Shown here: piece by piece, positions 1 to 10,271 of the stretch
Numbering within the stretch: position 1 is the first letter of the stretch
Layout: every line of letters starts with the position of its first letter
Source of the DNA: an uncultured Alphaproteobacteria bacterium
GTDB lineage: Bacteria > Pseudomonadota > Alphaproteobacteria > Rhizobiales > Xanthobacteraceae
Direction of reading: 5' to 3'
NCBI GenBank assembly: GCA_963847015.1
Contig: CAWJYI010000026.1
Location: forward strand, 27,775-91,774
Length of the DNA stretch: 64,000 nucleotides
Program-made: the position numbers and the translations under genes
Notes under the pieces: model-generated
Told to the model about the DNA's origin: nothing
The model's database searches: none
Seen by the model: the letters and a program-made list of their open reading frames with translations, nothing else

Positions 1-2
1 TG

Positions 3-1139
3 GCCTCGCTCGCGGCCACGGGGACGCTGGCCACCAACATCCTGCTACCGTCGCTGCCGCAGATGGCGGTGTCGTTGAACGTGTCGAGCGCCGCCGTCAC
101 CTCGGCGATTACAATCTTTCTTGCGGTGTTCGCGCTCGGCCAGCTCGCGGTCGGGCCGATCTCGGATCGCTACGGCCGCCGCTGGCCGGTGCTCATAGGC
201 TTTGCGGTATTCTTCGCCGGCAGCATCTGGTGCGCCCTCGCCACCGACCTGCCCGGCCTGCTGATCGGCCGCGTCATCCAGGCCGCCGGCGCCTGCTCGA
301 CCTCCGTGCTGTCGCGCGCCATCGCCCGCGATCTCTTCAGCGGCGCGGCGCTGGCGCGCGCGATGGCGCTGATCATGATCGCGATGGCGGCAGCGCCCGG
401 ATTCTCGCCACTGCTCGGCGGGGCGCTCGACCACGCCTTCGGCTGGCGCTCGGAATTCATCTTTGTCGGCCTCTTCGCGGCGATCGGCGCCATCGCCTAT
501 GGCGCGGTGCTCGGCGAGACCCATCATTCGACCCGGACCCCGCTCAATCCGCTCGCGATCGCGAAGAACTATCTTGGTCTGATCGCCGATCGCCGTTTCG
601 TTGTTCCGGCCGCGACCGTGAGCCTGATCATGGGCGGGCTGTTCGCGATGTTTTCGGCGGCCCCCCGCGTGCTGATCGAAGGAATGCATTTCACGCCGAT
701 CCAGCTCGGCTTGTTTTTTGCCGGAACCGTGATGATCGTGTTCGCCGCCGGCATGCTGGCGACCAGGTTAGCGCCGCGCTTTGGCCTCGACCGCTCGATC
801 CGGGGTGGTCTCGTGGCAGCAGCGACCGGCAGCATCGCGATCCTGCTGGTGTCGCTGTTCCACCCGACCTTCCTGCCGTTCCTCGGCGCCATGTGCGTGT
901 TCCTGCTCGGCATGGGCATCGTCAATCCGCTCGGCACGGCGCAGGCGCTCTCTCCGTTCGGCGAGAAGGCCGGTGCTGCCTCGGCACTGGTCGGATTCTG
1001 GCAGATGATGAGCGCGGCGATCGCGGTTTGGCTGGCTGCAACGGTATCGCGTGAAGCGCTGTTCGCGCTCGGCATCGTGCTGACGGTGGCCTCGCTCGTG
1101 GCGGTCGCCCTTTATACGCGGCGGGCCAAAGCAATTTAG
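3..1139 (+). CDS. Bcr/CflA-family (DHA1) multidrug MFS transporter, 5' end outside the window
   Basis: ORF 63..1139 stays open to the window edge; motif GPISDRYGRR, GRVIQAAG and multiple hydrophobic helices. Confidence 0.85.
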   Translation, partial: ASLAATGTLATNILLPSLPQMAVSLNVSSAAVTSAITIFLAVFALGQLAVGPISDRYGRRWPVLIGFAVFFAGSIWCALATDLPGLLIGRVIQAAGACSTSVLSRAIARDLFSGAALARAMALIMIAMAAAPGFSPLLGGALDHAFGWRSEFIFVGLFAAIGAIAYGAVLGETHHSTRTPLNPLAIAKNYLGLIADRRFVVPAATVSLIMGGLFAMFSAAPRVLIEGMHFTPIQLGLFFAGTVMIVFAAGMLATRLAPRFGLDRSIRGGLVAAATGSIAILLVSLFHPTFLPFLGAMCVFLLGMGIVNPLGTAQALSPFGEKAGAASALVGFWQMMSAAIAVWLAATVSREALFALGIVLTVASLVAVALYTRRAKAI

Positions 1140-1145
1140 GCGGAG

Positions 1146-1224
1146 CTAAAGCGCTATGGCGCTTTTGCTCTTTTGTTTGCGCATGATCTATTCGGAAAAT
1201 CGGTGTCCACTTTTCCGGATCATG
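1146..1224. repeat. Intergenic palindromic repeat (RIME/REP-like)
   Basis: aaagcgc-tatg-gcgcttt hairpin followed by catgatc...ggaaaa...ttttcc-ggatcatg inverted repeat between convergent genes. Confidence 0.55.
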
Positions 1225-1226
1225 GG

Positions 1227-2487
1227 CTAGCCCGCCAGATACCGCTCGTACTTTCCAGCCAGCCACCTCGTCTGTCGCGATGTCGGGATCAAGGGTGTAG
1301 AGATCCTGCGCGCGGCTGATGCCGCGCAGCGCAAAGCGGCCGGTGGAAACCAGATAGTTTCGCCCCGTTGCATCAAGGCCGGCGCGGAACGCCGACGACG
1401 TCAGCAAATCCCGGTCCACCGAACGGCACATCGAGGCGATGCGGCTGACCTCGTTCACGGCCGGTCCCACCACGGTGAAGTCGAGCCGGTCTTCGCTGCC
1501 GATATTGCCGTAAAAGACCTCGCCGACATGCAGGCCGACATGGGCCGTCGTCACCGGCCTGCCGTCTGCCGCGCGCCGGGCATTGAGTGCATCCATGTTG
1601 TGCCGGAAGCGATGCTCGGCGCGCAGCGCGGCGCGTTTGGCGGCCGCCAGGTTCTCCTGCGTGAACATCGCCAGCACGCCGTCGCCGATCAGCTTCAGCA
1701 CCTCGCCCCCGGAATCGTGGATGGCGTCGATCGAGGCCTGCGCATAATCGTTGAGGAATGGAATGATCTCGCCGGGCTCGAGACCCTCGCTGATCGCGGT
1801 CGAGCCGCGCAGATCGGAAAACCACAGCACCGCGTTGATACGTTCGGTGACGCCGCGCGAGATTTTTCCGCGCAACACCTGCTCGGAGGCGTCGCGGCCG
1901 AGATAGACCCGGCCGAGCGTCCTGGCGATATCGACCTGAGCGGCGGATTTGATCGCAAGCCCCAGCACCGGCACGAGGTCGCGCAGCGCCGACAGCTCCT
2001 GCTCATGAAAACCCGCGTCGCGGCGGGTCGTCCAGTAGGAATAGAAGCAGTCCATCTGCCCCATCGTCCCGGCCTCGCCGAATTTGTGAACGAAGGCGAC
2101 GAAATGCTTGTGACCTTTGTCCGCGAGTTCGCCGATCATCGAGAAGTCGAGTTTCGCGCAATCGGCGAGATCGATCACAAGCTCGTCGTGGCCGTTTTCG
2201 AGCATGTGGTAGAAAGTGGTACGGCGCCAGTTCTGCGCCGCATCGCCCTCACTGGTCGATCCGTATTCGAAACTATCGCTCTCATTGGTCTCGCTGTCGT
2301 TCCAGCGGAAACCGCGCCCCTCGAAAATCGGGTGCAGGGTGTCGATGAAGGCCAGCCCCCGCGACAGATCGATGCCGCCGGCGCGGCAACGCTCGCAAAA
2401 GCCGCGGATCAGATCGTTTCCGGGCAGGCCCGTCAGCCCCTGGCCGACCAGCCAGTTCATCAGGCGCAGGCGTGGCGTGAGTTCCAT
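1227..2487 (-). CDS. Class III adenylate/guanylate cyclase domain protein; apparent frameshift near 1257
   Basis: Motifs FSDLRGST, LKLIGDGVLA, GLHVGEV and DFTVVGPAVNEVSR; an alternative frame ends GKYERYLAG* at 1227. Confidence 0.85.
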
Positions 2488-2541
2488 GCGGCATATTATG
2501 CCGCGCAATCGCGACGGGTGAAAGGCTGGCGCCGATCGGTC

Positions 2542-2946
2542 CTATCTCGTATGCGCGACGGTCTCGCCGTCTTCCTTGACGAAAGACGCCACGGGATGAT
2601 CGAGCAGATCGAGCACCATCTCCGACGGCCGGCATAGCCGCACGCCCTTTGGCGTTACGACGATCGGCCGGTTGATCAGGATCGGATGCGCCAACATGAA
2701 ATCGATCAACTGGTCGTCGCTCCATTTGGGATCGGCCAGCCCGAGCTCCGCGTAAGGCGTGCCCTTCTCGCGCAGCAGTGCGCGAGCGGAAATTCCCATT
2801 GCCGCGATCAGCTCGATCAGGCGCGCGCGGCTCGGAGGGTTCTTCACATATTCGATGACTTCCGGCTCTTCACCGCTTTGCCGGATCATCGCCAGCGTGT
2901 TGCGTGAGGTACCGCAGGCGGGGTTGTGATAGATCGTGACGTTCAT
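2542..2946 (-). CDS. arsC: Arsenate reductase, glutaredoxin-dependent (R773 type)
   Basis: HNPACGTSR active site and ILINRPIV...LCRPSE motifs. Confidence 0.95.
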   Translation of the reverse strand: MNVTIYHNPACGTSRNTLAMIRQSGEEPEVIEYVKNPPSRARLIELIAAMGISARALLREKGTPYAELGLADPKWSDDQLIDFMLAHPILINRPIVVTPKGVRLCRPSEMVLDLLDHPVASFVKEDGETVAHTR

Positions 2947-3641
2947 GATTGGGCCTCCTTCATCGTTACGGGCGCCTCGCCTGCTCCGCGCAGCAGCCAG
3001 CCCATGAAGAACAAAGCGACGACGGCACCGCATACTTCAGCCGCGATGAAGCCGGCAAGGTCCACGGGGCGAATGCCCGAAAAACTATTCGTCAGCGATC
3101 GCGCGATGGCTACGGCGGGATTGGCAAACGACGTCGACGACGTGAACCAGTAGGCCGCGGTGATGTAGAGACCCACCAGCCACGGCACGCCGGCGCGATT
3201 GAACCTGACGCCCGCGAGGATCGTCACAACCAGACCGAACGCGGCGACCCCTTCCGCAAACCATTGCGCGGCGCCGGTTCGCGCTTTCACTGACGCTTCG
3301 AGCAACGGCAGCGCAAACATCGCGTGCGCCATGATGGTTCCCGCAATACCGCCGGCGACTTGCGCGGCGACATACAACAGCGCCTCTCGCGGTTCCAATT
3401 CGCGCTTCAGCGCAAAGACCAATGAGACCGCAGGATTGAAATGCGCGCCCGAAATCGGACCCAGAATGGTGATCAGGACGATGAGGATGGCGCCGGTCGG
3501 GAGCGTATTGCCGAGCAGCGCCAGCGCAACATCCTTGGTGAGGCTCTCGGCCATGATGCCGGAACCAACGACGGTCGCGACCAGCAACGCAGTCCCGAGC
3601 GCTTCGGCCACAAGCCGACGCGGTAGATCGAAGCCGGACAT
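2943..3641 (-). CDS. MIP-family aquaglyceroporin (AqpS-like arsenite channel)
   Basis: SGAHFNPAVS and FANPAVAIAR double NPA motifs; ars context; probable start MSGFDLPRR. Confidence 0.9.
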   Translation of the reverse strand: MSGFDLPRRLVAEALGTALLVATVVGSGIMAESLTKDVALALLGNTLPTGAILIVLITILGPISGAHFNPAVSLVFALKRELEPREALLYVAAQVAGGIAGTIMAHAMFALPLLEASVKARTGAAQWFAEGVAAFGLVVTILAGVRFNRAGVPWLVGLYITAAYWFTSSTSFANPAVAIARSLTNSFSGIRPVDLAGFIAAEVCGAVVALFFMGWLLRGAGEAPVTMKEAQS

Positions 3642-3761
3642 CAGCTGGACTTTCTCCTGGCCGAAGGTGGATCCCGCGGTACGGCCGATATCGCGCAGTC
3701 TTGTTCCGAGCGATAGCCGGTCAATACTGTCAAGCGGCAAGCTGTAAATGCGCTCAGACAT
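3641..3761 (-). pseudogene. arsC: Internally deleted LMW-PTP-type (thioredoxin-dependent) arsenate reductase remnant
   Basis: MSERIY is joined directly to SLPLDSIDRLSLGTRLRDIGR. These resemble the N- and C-termini of alphaproteobacterial ArsC; the CTGNxxRS core is absent. Confidence 0.7.
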
Positions 3762-4116
3762 GGGCTTTCCTCCTCGGCTTCGGAGGACAACAGGGTGTGA
3801 GGCTTTCGATCAGCGGCGCGCAAATTTCCGGCCGCCCGTCGCAGCAATCCCTGAGCATGAACAACATCACCGCTTCAAAGGCCTTGAGATCGGCTCGATA
3901 GACAATCGAGCGGCTGAACCGCTGCGCCGTCACCAGCGCCGCGCGGGACAGGATCGCCAGATGCGACGACATGGTATTTTGCGGGACCGCAAGGACTTTT
4001 GCGATCTCGCCCGCCGCCAACCCCTCCGGTTCGTGCTTCACCAACAAGCGAAACACGTCGAGCCGCGTCGGTTGCGCGAGCGCCGCCAGCGCGAGAATGG
4101 CCTTCTCCGATTCCAT
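3754..4116 (-). CDS. arsR: ArsR/SmtB-family repressor with C-terminal Cys pairs
   Basis: ALAQPTRLDVFRLL, HTH VPQNTMSSHLAIL, RDCCDGRPEIC...PCC. Confidence 0.92.
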   Translation of the reverse strand: MESEKAILALAALAQPTRLDVFRLLVKHEPEGLAAGEIAKVLAVPQNTMSSHLAILSRAALVTAQRFSRSIVYRADLKAFEAVMLFMLRDCCDGRPEICAPLIESLTPCCPPKPRRKAHV

Positions 4117-4191
4117 ATATCGAGACTTATGGATATGTTCATCGTTTGTCAAGCGGCGAACAAGGAGGCTATTTCGATGATTCTAGAAATA
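4116..4191. promoter_or_regulatory. Two ArsR-type operator palindromes in the divergent promoter
   Basis: tatatcgagacttatggatatg (4116-4137) and tatttcgatgattctagaaata (4170-4191) are similar imperfect palindromes. Confidence 0.6.
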
Positions 4192-4229
4192 CGGTTGACG
4201 GGTCTCGATTCGCACGCCAGGATGCCATC

Positions 4230-4547
4230 ATGAAACTGGATGATGCCGCCGCACATCTCGAAGCTCTGGGCAACCCAACCCGGCTCAAAATCTATCGCAC
4301 GCTGATCCGCGCGGGCGCCGCCGGGCTGCCGGTCGGCCGCCTGCAGGACAGGCTGAAGATCGCGCCCTCCACGCTTTCACATCACATCAAGACGCTGGTG
4401 GTGGTCGGCCTCGTCAGCCAGGTGCGCGACTCGACCACGCTGATATGTCACGCCAACTACGAAGTGATGCAGGGGCTGGTGGACTTTCTCGTCGCCGAAT
4501 GCTGCGCCGATGCTTCGGAAAGCAAGGACACAAAGACCGCGGCATAG
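4230..4547 (+). CDS. ArsR-family transcriptional regulator
   Basis: LEALGNPTRLKIYR, IAPSTLSHHIK, C-terminal ECCAD. Confidence 0.9.
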   Translation: MKLDDAAAHLEALGNPTRLKIYRTLIRAGAAGLPVGRLQDRLKIAPSTLSHHIKTLVVVGLVSQVRDSTTLICHANYEVMQGLVDFLVAECCADASESKDTKTAA

Positions 4548-4596
4548 CTTCTTCGGGCACTGAATTTCGATATTTCTGGTTTGATGGGAGGATGCC

Positions 4597-5954
4597 ATGA
4601 ACGAAGCCAAGACGGTCGCCATTATCGGAGCCGGTCCGGTCGGCCTCGCCGCCGCGGCGCACGTTCTGGAGCGTGGGCTGCGGCCGATCGTGCTGGAGGC
4701 CGGCGGCAATATCGGCCACGCGGTGCGCCAGTGGAGCCACGTTCAACTGTTCTCGCCGTGGGAATACAACATCGACCGCGCCGCGGCGCGCCTGCTGGCT
4801 GCAACCGGGTGGAATTCTCCCGAACCGAACCGGTACCCGAGCGGCGGCGAACTGCTGGAGCGCTATCTCGAGCCGCTTGCAGCCGGCACCGCGCTGCGGC
4901 CCCACATCCACGTATCGAGCCGCGTCACCGGTATCAGCCGGATTGGCTTCGACAAGCTCAAGACCCGCGGACGCGAGGCGGCTCCGTTCGAAATCCGGTA
5001 TCAGAACGGGCAAGGCCCCAAGACTGTCAGGGCCGATGCTGTCATCGACGCATCCGGCACCTGGCACGCGCCAAACCCGGCGGGCGCCAATGGCCTGCCC
5101 GCCATCGGCGAGGTGCAGGCCGCGGACAAGATCGCTTACGGGATGCCCGACGTGTTGGGCACAGACCGCCTTCGCTATGCCGGCAAGACGGTTGCGGTGC
5201 TGGGCGCCGGACATTCCGCGGTCGGGACTCTGACCGATCTCGCCAGGCTCGCAGCGGAAGCGCCTGGAACCCGCCCCATCTGGCTCTTGCGCGGTAACGA
5301 TCCGGCCAAGGCTTTCGGCGGCGGCGCCAACGACAAGCTTGCTGCACGCGGTGAACTCGGCGCTGCGTTCGCTACATTGGTTGCGACCGGTCAGATAAGG
5401 GTGGAAAGCGCCTTTCGCGTTTCGCATCTCATCGCCGACGGCGCTGGCCTCATCGTCGGCACCGGTTGTTGCGGCCGTCAGGTCAACGTTGACGAACTCA
5501 TCGTTGCCACTGGCTTCCGGCCGAATCTGGATTTCGTGCGCGAACTTCGCATTCAGTTGGACCCGGCCATCGAATGTCCGGTTGCGCTGGCGCCGTTAAT
5601 CGATCCCAACGAACATAGCTGCGGTACCGTGCGGCCTCATGGCGCCCGGGAATTGGCGCAGCATGAACCGGGCTTCTATTTTGCGGGCATGAAATCCTAC
5701 GGTCGTGCGCCGACCTTCCTGATGCTCACGGGGTACGAGCAGGTGCGCTCGATTGCCGCCGACATCGCCGGCGATCGCGAAGCCGCGGAACGCGTCGAAC
5801 TGGTGCTGCCCGAGACCGGCGTTTGCAATCGTTCGGCCGTACAGATGCCAGCAATTGCTGCGGCGGCCCGGCATTATCGGATATTGACGCCTGTTGCGCA
5901 GCGGATGCAAATGCGAGGCAAGAAGGCAAGACGGGGTGCGGGTGCGCGTCCTGA
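4597..5954 (+). CDS. FAD/NAD(P)-dependent oxidoreductase (flavin monooxygenase-like, ars-associated) with Cys-rich tail; frameshift near 5842
   Basis: GAGPVG and GAGHSA Rossmann motifs, HSCGTV, GMKSYGRAPTF; the alternate frame gives DASNCCGGPALSDIDACCAAD...GCGCAS* ending at 5954. Confidence 0.85.
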
Positions 5955-5964
5955 GCGCGCGGAG

Positions 5965-7176
5965 ATGAGCGGTATTTCGCTGCAAGGTCGATCGGTAATC
6001 GTCGCGATGTGCGTGGGGCAGCTTGGCAGCTTGCTCCCGCACGTCGTCGTCCCCTCCATTCTTGCCGCGTTCCTGATTCCGGAATGGCATTTGACCGGGG
6101 CGCAGGCGGGCCTTCTGGCGGGCTCCGGCGCTGCGGGCTACATGTTGACCGTGCCGTTGCTGGCAACGCTGACCGACCGCATCGACGCACGCAAAATTCT
6201 GATCGCGGGCTCCGCGGTCAGTGCGCTCGGCACCCTCCTGTTCGGCATTTTTGCCTCCGGCCTCTGGTCGGGCGCGTTGTTCAACGCCATCGCGGGAATA
6301 GGCTTTGCGGGGGCCTACATGCCCGGGCTGAAGGCGCTGACCGACCGGCTTGCACCGGGCGATTCATCCCGCGCGATAACGCTTTACACGTCGAGCTTCT
6401 CGTTCGGCGTCGGTCTGTCGTTTCTGGTTTCCCAACTCGTCGCGGAAGCCTGGGGCTGGCGGGCCGCTTTCCTTGTCACTGCCCTTGGTCCGCTGGTGAT
6501 GCTGGCGGTGTGCTTCCTGCTGCGGCCGGTCACGCCCAAGCCAGCGCAAGGCCGCCTGCTGGACTTTGCGCCGGTGTTGAAGAACACCCAGGCGATGGGG
6601 TTCGTGCTCGGATACGGTGCACATTGCTTTGAGCTCTACGGCATCAGGACCTGGCTGGTTGCGTTCTGGACCTTCGTGGCCTTGAAGAATTCCGAGCAGT
6701 CGATCCTGACGCCGATTGTCGTCAGCGTGTTGTTCTCCGTCCTCGCCATGCCCGCCAGCATTCTCGGCAACGAATTTGCGCTCAGGATCGGCCGGCATCG
6801 TGCGATCACAGCCGTCATGCTCGCCTCCGCCGCCGTGGCGTTGCTGATCGGGATATTTGCCGACAAGCCGCCGTGGTTCCTGCTGCCCTTGATCGTGCTG
6901 TACGGGATTACGGTTCCCGCGGACTCCGGTGCGCTGACATCGGGCATGACCATGGCGGCTGACCCGAACTATCGCGGGGCCACGATGGCGGTGCATTCGA
7001 CCGTCGGCTTCAGCCTGTCTGCGCTGGGCGCGTGGGTGGTCGGAATTGCGCTGGATATGGCGGGCGGTCCGCTCAGTCCGTCGGCCTGGATGGCGGCATT
7101 CTCGGTTCTGGCTGCCGGCATTCTGCTTGGACCCGTGGCGCTCTATTGGTCGGGAAGGATAAGGCTGCAACCATGA
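5965..7176 (+). CDS. MFS transporter
   Basis: Own GGAG RBS and ATG at 5965; TLTDRIDARK motif; hydrophobic helices. The fusion to the upstream gene in the ORF track is due to the frameshift. Confidence 0.85.
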   Translation: MSGISLQGRSVIVAMCVGQLGSLLPHVVVPSILAAFLIPEWHLTGAQAGLLAGSGAAGYMLTVPLLATLTDRIDARKILIAGSAVSALGTLLFGIFASGLWSGALFNAIAGIGFAGAYMPGLKALTDRLAPGDSSRAITLYTSSFSFGVGLSFLVSQLVAEAWGWRAAFLVTALGPLVMLAVCFLLRPVTPKPAQGRLLDFAPVLKNTQAMGFVLGYGAHCFELYGIRTWLVAFWTFVALKNSEQSILTPIVVSVLFSVLAMPASILGNEFALRIGRHRAITAVMLASAAVALLIGIFADKPPWFLLPLIVLYGITVPADSGALTSGMTMAADPNYRGATMAVHSTVGFSLSALGAWVVGIALDMAGGPLSPSAWMAAFSVLAAGILLGPVALYWSGRIRLQP

Positions 7177-8339
7177 GCCAGCGCCCGCTCCCCATCATTC
7201 TGGCGCTCGGCACCACACAAACGCTGGCCTGGGCTTCGAGCTATTATCTGCCGGCCATTCTGACCGATCCGATGGCGCGCGATCTCGGTGTCTCCTCGAA
7301 CTTGGATGTTTGCCGCCTTCTCCGCGTCGCTGGTGATCTCAGCGTTGATCGGCCCACGCGTCGGCCGTCAGATCGATCTCGTCGGCGGCAGGTCGGTGCT
7401 GTCGATGTCCAACCTGGTGCTCGCGGCGGGATTGACGCTGCTCGGCTTCAGCTATTCGGTTCCGGTACTGACCGCCGCATGGCTGCTGCTCGGCGTCGGC
7501 ATGGGCGCCGGCCTCTACGACGCCGCGTTCGCCGCGCTCGGGCGCATTTATGGCGATGCGGCGCGGCGCTCGATCACCGGCATCACGCTGATTGCGGGCT
7601 TTGCCTCGACCGTCGGATGGCCGCTGTCCGCGTGGGGGCTGGAAACCATCGGCTGGCGCAACACCTGCTTTGCCTGGGCCGGCCGCGCATATCCTGATCG
7701 GCCTGCCGATCAATTTATGGATGCTGCCGGCCGTGAAGGATGCAAAGGCCGCCGTCGCTGCGGCCGTCAAACCGCATATCCCGATCGATCGGACCATGGT
7801 CCTGCTGGCGTTCGTATTCGCCGCGACCTGGACCGTCACCGGCGCCATGGCCGCGCATTTGCCCCGCCTGATGGAAGCCGCCGGGGCGAGCGCGGGACAG
7901 GCGGTATTTGCCGGCGCGCTGATCGGTCCGGCGCAGGTGGCCGCCCGTATTTTTGAGGCGAGCTTTCTCAGCCGCTATCATCCGCTGGTCTCGACCCGGC
8001 TCGCCTGCATGACGCATCCGATCGGCGCCGCCATCCTGGCGCTGGCGGGCGGCGGCGCGGCCAGCGTCTTTGCGATCTTTCACGGCGCCGGCAACGGCAT
8101 CCTCACCATTGCGCGCGGCACGCTGCCGCTCGCGATCTTCGGGCCTGCGAATTACGGCTATCGACTGGGCATCATCGGCGCACCGGCGCGGATGGCGCAG
8201 GCGGCATGCGCCGCTCGCGTTCGGTCTCCTGATCGACGCGATGGGAAGCCGCGCCCTGATCGTCTCGTCTGCGCTCAGCCTCTCGGCGCTGCTGGCGCTG
8301 TTCCTGGTGCGCGCAGGACCGCCGCGGGTGGAGACGTGA
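7173..8339 (+). CDS. MFS transporter resembling ArsK-type arsenic efflux permeases; about 3 frameshifts
   Basis: Pieces LGTTQTLAWASSYYLPAIL / GPRVGRQIDLVGGR / ITLIAGFASTVGWP / GILTIARGTLPL lie in successive frames. Confidence 0.75.
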
Positions 8340-8393
8340 AGGCGGAACGAATCCACCCTTCCCTTCGCGACGGGTTTCGCGCAAAACCAGGCC

Positions 8394-8585
8394 ATGGAAA
8401 ACCAAACCGATCCGGCAGCTTCGATCCGCAATCTTGTGCAATGGGCGATCACGCCGCCGCAATCCTATGCGGTGTATCTCGTCTGTCTTTTCCTCGTAGC
8501 GGGAGTGTCGTTCTATGTCGGCACGCTGAAGCCGAAAAAGGCCGTCGGCCTGACGCCGCCGGCGGTGTCCGTCCCGCGCAACTGA
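8394..8585 (+). CDS. Small single-TM hypothetical protein
   Basis: 63-aa ORF with one hydrophobic segment. Confidence 0.55.
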   Translation: MENQTDPAASIRNLVQWAITPPQSYAVYLVCLFLVAGVSFYVGTLKPKKAVGLTPPAVSVPRN

Positions 8586-8600
8586 TCGCCCGAACGCGGG

Positions 8601-9515
8601 TTACGGCTTTTTGATCTCCGACGTCGCGATCCAGATGCCTGCGAATACGGCGACCAGCCCGAGAACGAGATTCGCTGTGATCGGCTCGCCGACGAGCTGG
8701 GTCGCGAGCAGTCCGGCCGCAACGGGGTTGACGGTCATGGTGTTGGCGACGCGCGTAGGCGACGCCCGCTGCAGCGCCAGCACCCACAGGATAAACGCCA
8801 GTGCGCCGCCGGCTATGCCGAGATAGAGCCCGGCGATCCATTGCGGCGTACTGAACTGGCTCAAGGCGGCCACGCTGCCGGTCAACGATCCGACCACGAC
8901 CAGCGCCGCGGCGCCCGTCCCCATGCCGACGGTGAGAAAGCCGAGCGCGCTGGAACGCTGGATGAACGGCCGGGACCAGACGTTGTAGAACGCCATGCAC
9001 AGCACGGCGCCGGTCATGATCAACTCGCCGCGCCAGGCCCCCGGCGGCGCGGCCGAAAGCCCCGACGCGAGGGCTGCGAAGACGCCGAGCACCGCGATAC
9101 AGACGCCGATCGTTTTCCGTTTCGTCAACGGTTCGATGCCGAGCAGCGCGCCGACCACCATGGTGTGCAGCGGCAGTGTCGCCAGCGCAAGCGAAGCGCG
9201 CGCCGCGGTCGTGAACGTCATCGCGATGTTGTAGAGAACGAAGAACACGCCGAAGAAGCAGAAGCCCAAGGCGGCGACCGCAGGCCAGTCCCGGCGATGC
9301 GGCCATCGCGCTTTCAAAAACAGCGTAGCCGGCAGCACGCAGAGAAAGCCGATGCCCCAGCGCAGGATCGCAAGCGTGATCGGATCGGTGTTGCCTGCGA
9401 GATAGCGAGTGATCGCCGCCGCCGTCCCACCGAGGCAGCTCGAGACCAATGCGATCGCAACCCCGACCAATTCACCCAAGTTCGTGTCCTCCGTCTCACC
9501 ATCTGCACCTGTCAC
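8601..9515 (-). CDS. DMT/EamA-family transporter
   Basis: Two EamA-like repeats with about 10 TM segments; exact start uncertain. Confidence 0.85.
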   Translation of the reverse strand: MTGADGETEDTNLGELVGVAIALVSSCLGGTAAAITRYLAGNTDPITLAILRWGIGFLCVLPATLFLKARWPHRRDWPAVAALGFCFFGVFFVLYNIAMTFTTAARASLALATLPLHTMVVGALLGIEPLTKRKTIGVCIAVLGVFAALASGLSAAPPGAWRGELIMTGAVLCMAFYNVWSRPFIQRSSALGFLTVGMGTGAAALVVVGSLTGSVAALSQFSTPQWIAGLYLGIAGGALAFILWVLALQRASPTRVANTMTVNPVAAGLLATQLVGEPITANLVLGLVAVFAGIWIATSEIKKP

Positions 9516-9611
9516 GTCGACAGATGCAAGACGAAGACGAAAGTCATCCGATTAAATCGTAACGAATGGCGGCAAATGTCAGCAGCGAGACCATTCGCGA
9601 TGGCGATGCGT

Positions 9612-10061
9612 CTATCGCGCGAACAATTGCAGGAGAAGCACGCAGCTCATCCGCGCGAAGCTGAACATGTGGTCGCGGCAAATGCTGCGCGCGAGCAGTG
9701 ATTGCTCTTCGGCCGAATCCTTGCCGCCTCCCAGCCTGCGCGCATTCGGGACCGTGCGGATCATGGTCGGCACAAAGCCAGTGGCAGCCAGCGCCAGCGA
9801 TCCCCAGCCGACCCACCACGGGTACATGCCGAACACGACCTCCGCCGCGATGGCGGCAAGTGTCAGCAGCATGACCAACGCGACCAGCCGGTTCATCGGA
9901 TAGGCCTCGGTGGTGACGCGCCGGTAGTAGCTCGAAATCGACGCCAGGACTTCCGGCGGCAGCGGATCGGCGGGATGCTTGCGCGTCTGCACGTCGAACA
10001 TCAGGTCGAACCACAATACGGCAAGCAGAAAGCCGGCACCTGCCGCGACGAAGCTGTTCAT
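9612..10061 (-). CDS. Hypothetical membrane protein
   Basis: 149-aa ORF with RBS (AGGGGG) and hydrophobic segments. Confidence 0.7.
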   Translation of the reverse strand: MNSFVAAGAGFLLAVLWFDLMFDVQTRKHPADPLPPEVLASISSYYRRVTTEAYPMNRLVALVMLLTLAAIAAEVVFGMYPWWVGWGSLALAATGFVPTMIRTVPNARRLGGGKDSAEEQSLLARSICRDHMFSFARMSCVLLLQLFAR

Positions 10062-10161
10062 GTCGATCCCCCTGATCTGCGCAACAACTAACGCGCAGGA
10101 CTACTACAGCCAACCGGATCGGATTCAATCGGCCCGATGCAGCGCAGGGCCACAGAACCGG

Positions 10162-10271
10162 TTGACAGCGGTAGCGCCGAACGGTTAATTCGGCGCATGG
10201 GGACTTTGCGATCTCCCCACGAGGCGACAAGCCCAAGTATCGCGTCCCGTTTCTCTTACGAGGGCGCAATC
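10162..10271 (+). promoter_or_regulatory. sigma70 promoter with overlapping inverted repeat and structured chrB leader RNA
   Basis: TTGACA-17-TTAATT; IR gcgccgaa/ttcggcgc; leader hairpins tgggga/tcccca and gcga/tcgc. Confidence 0.55.

Noticed and set aside
2943-3761. 272-aa N-terminally extended aquaporin
   Set aside because: The extension is the arsC remnant; removing one base restores the usual TGATG stop/start overlap.
4597-7176. 859-aa oxidoreductase-MFS fusion in the ORF track
   Set aside because: A single frameshift near 5842 explains it; the oxidoreductase has its own stop at 5954 and the MFS has its own RBS and ATG at 5965.
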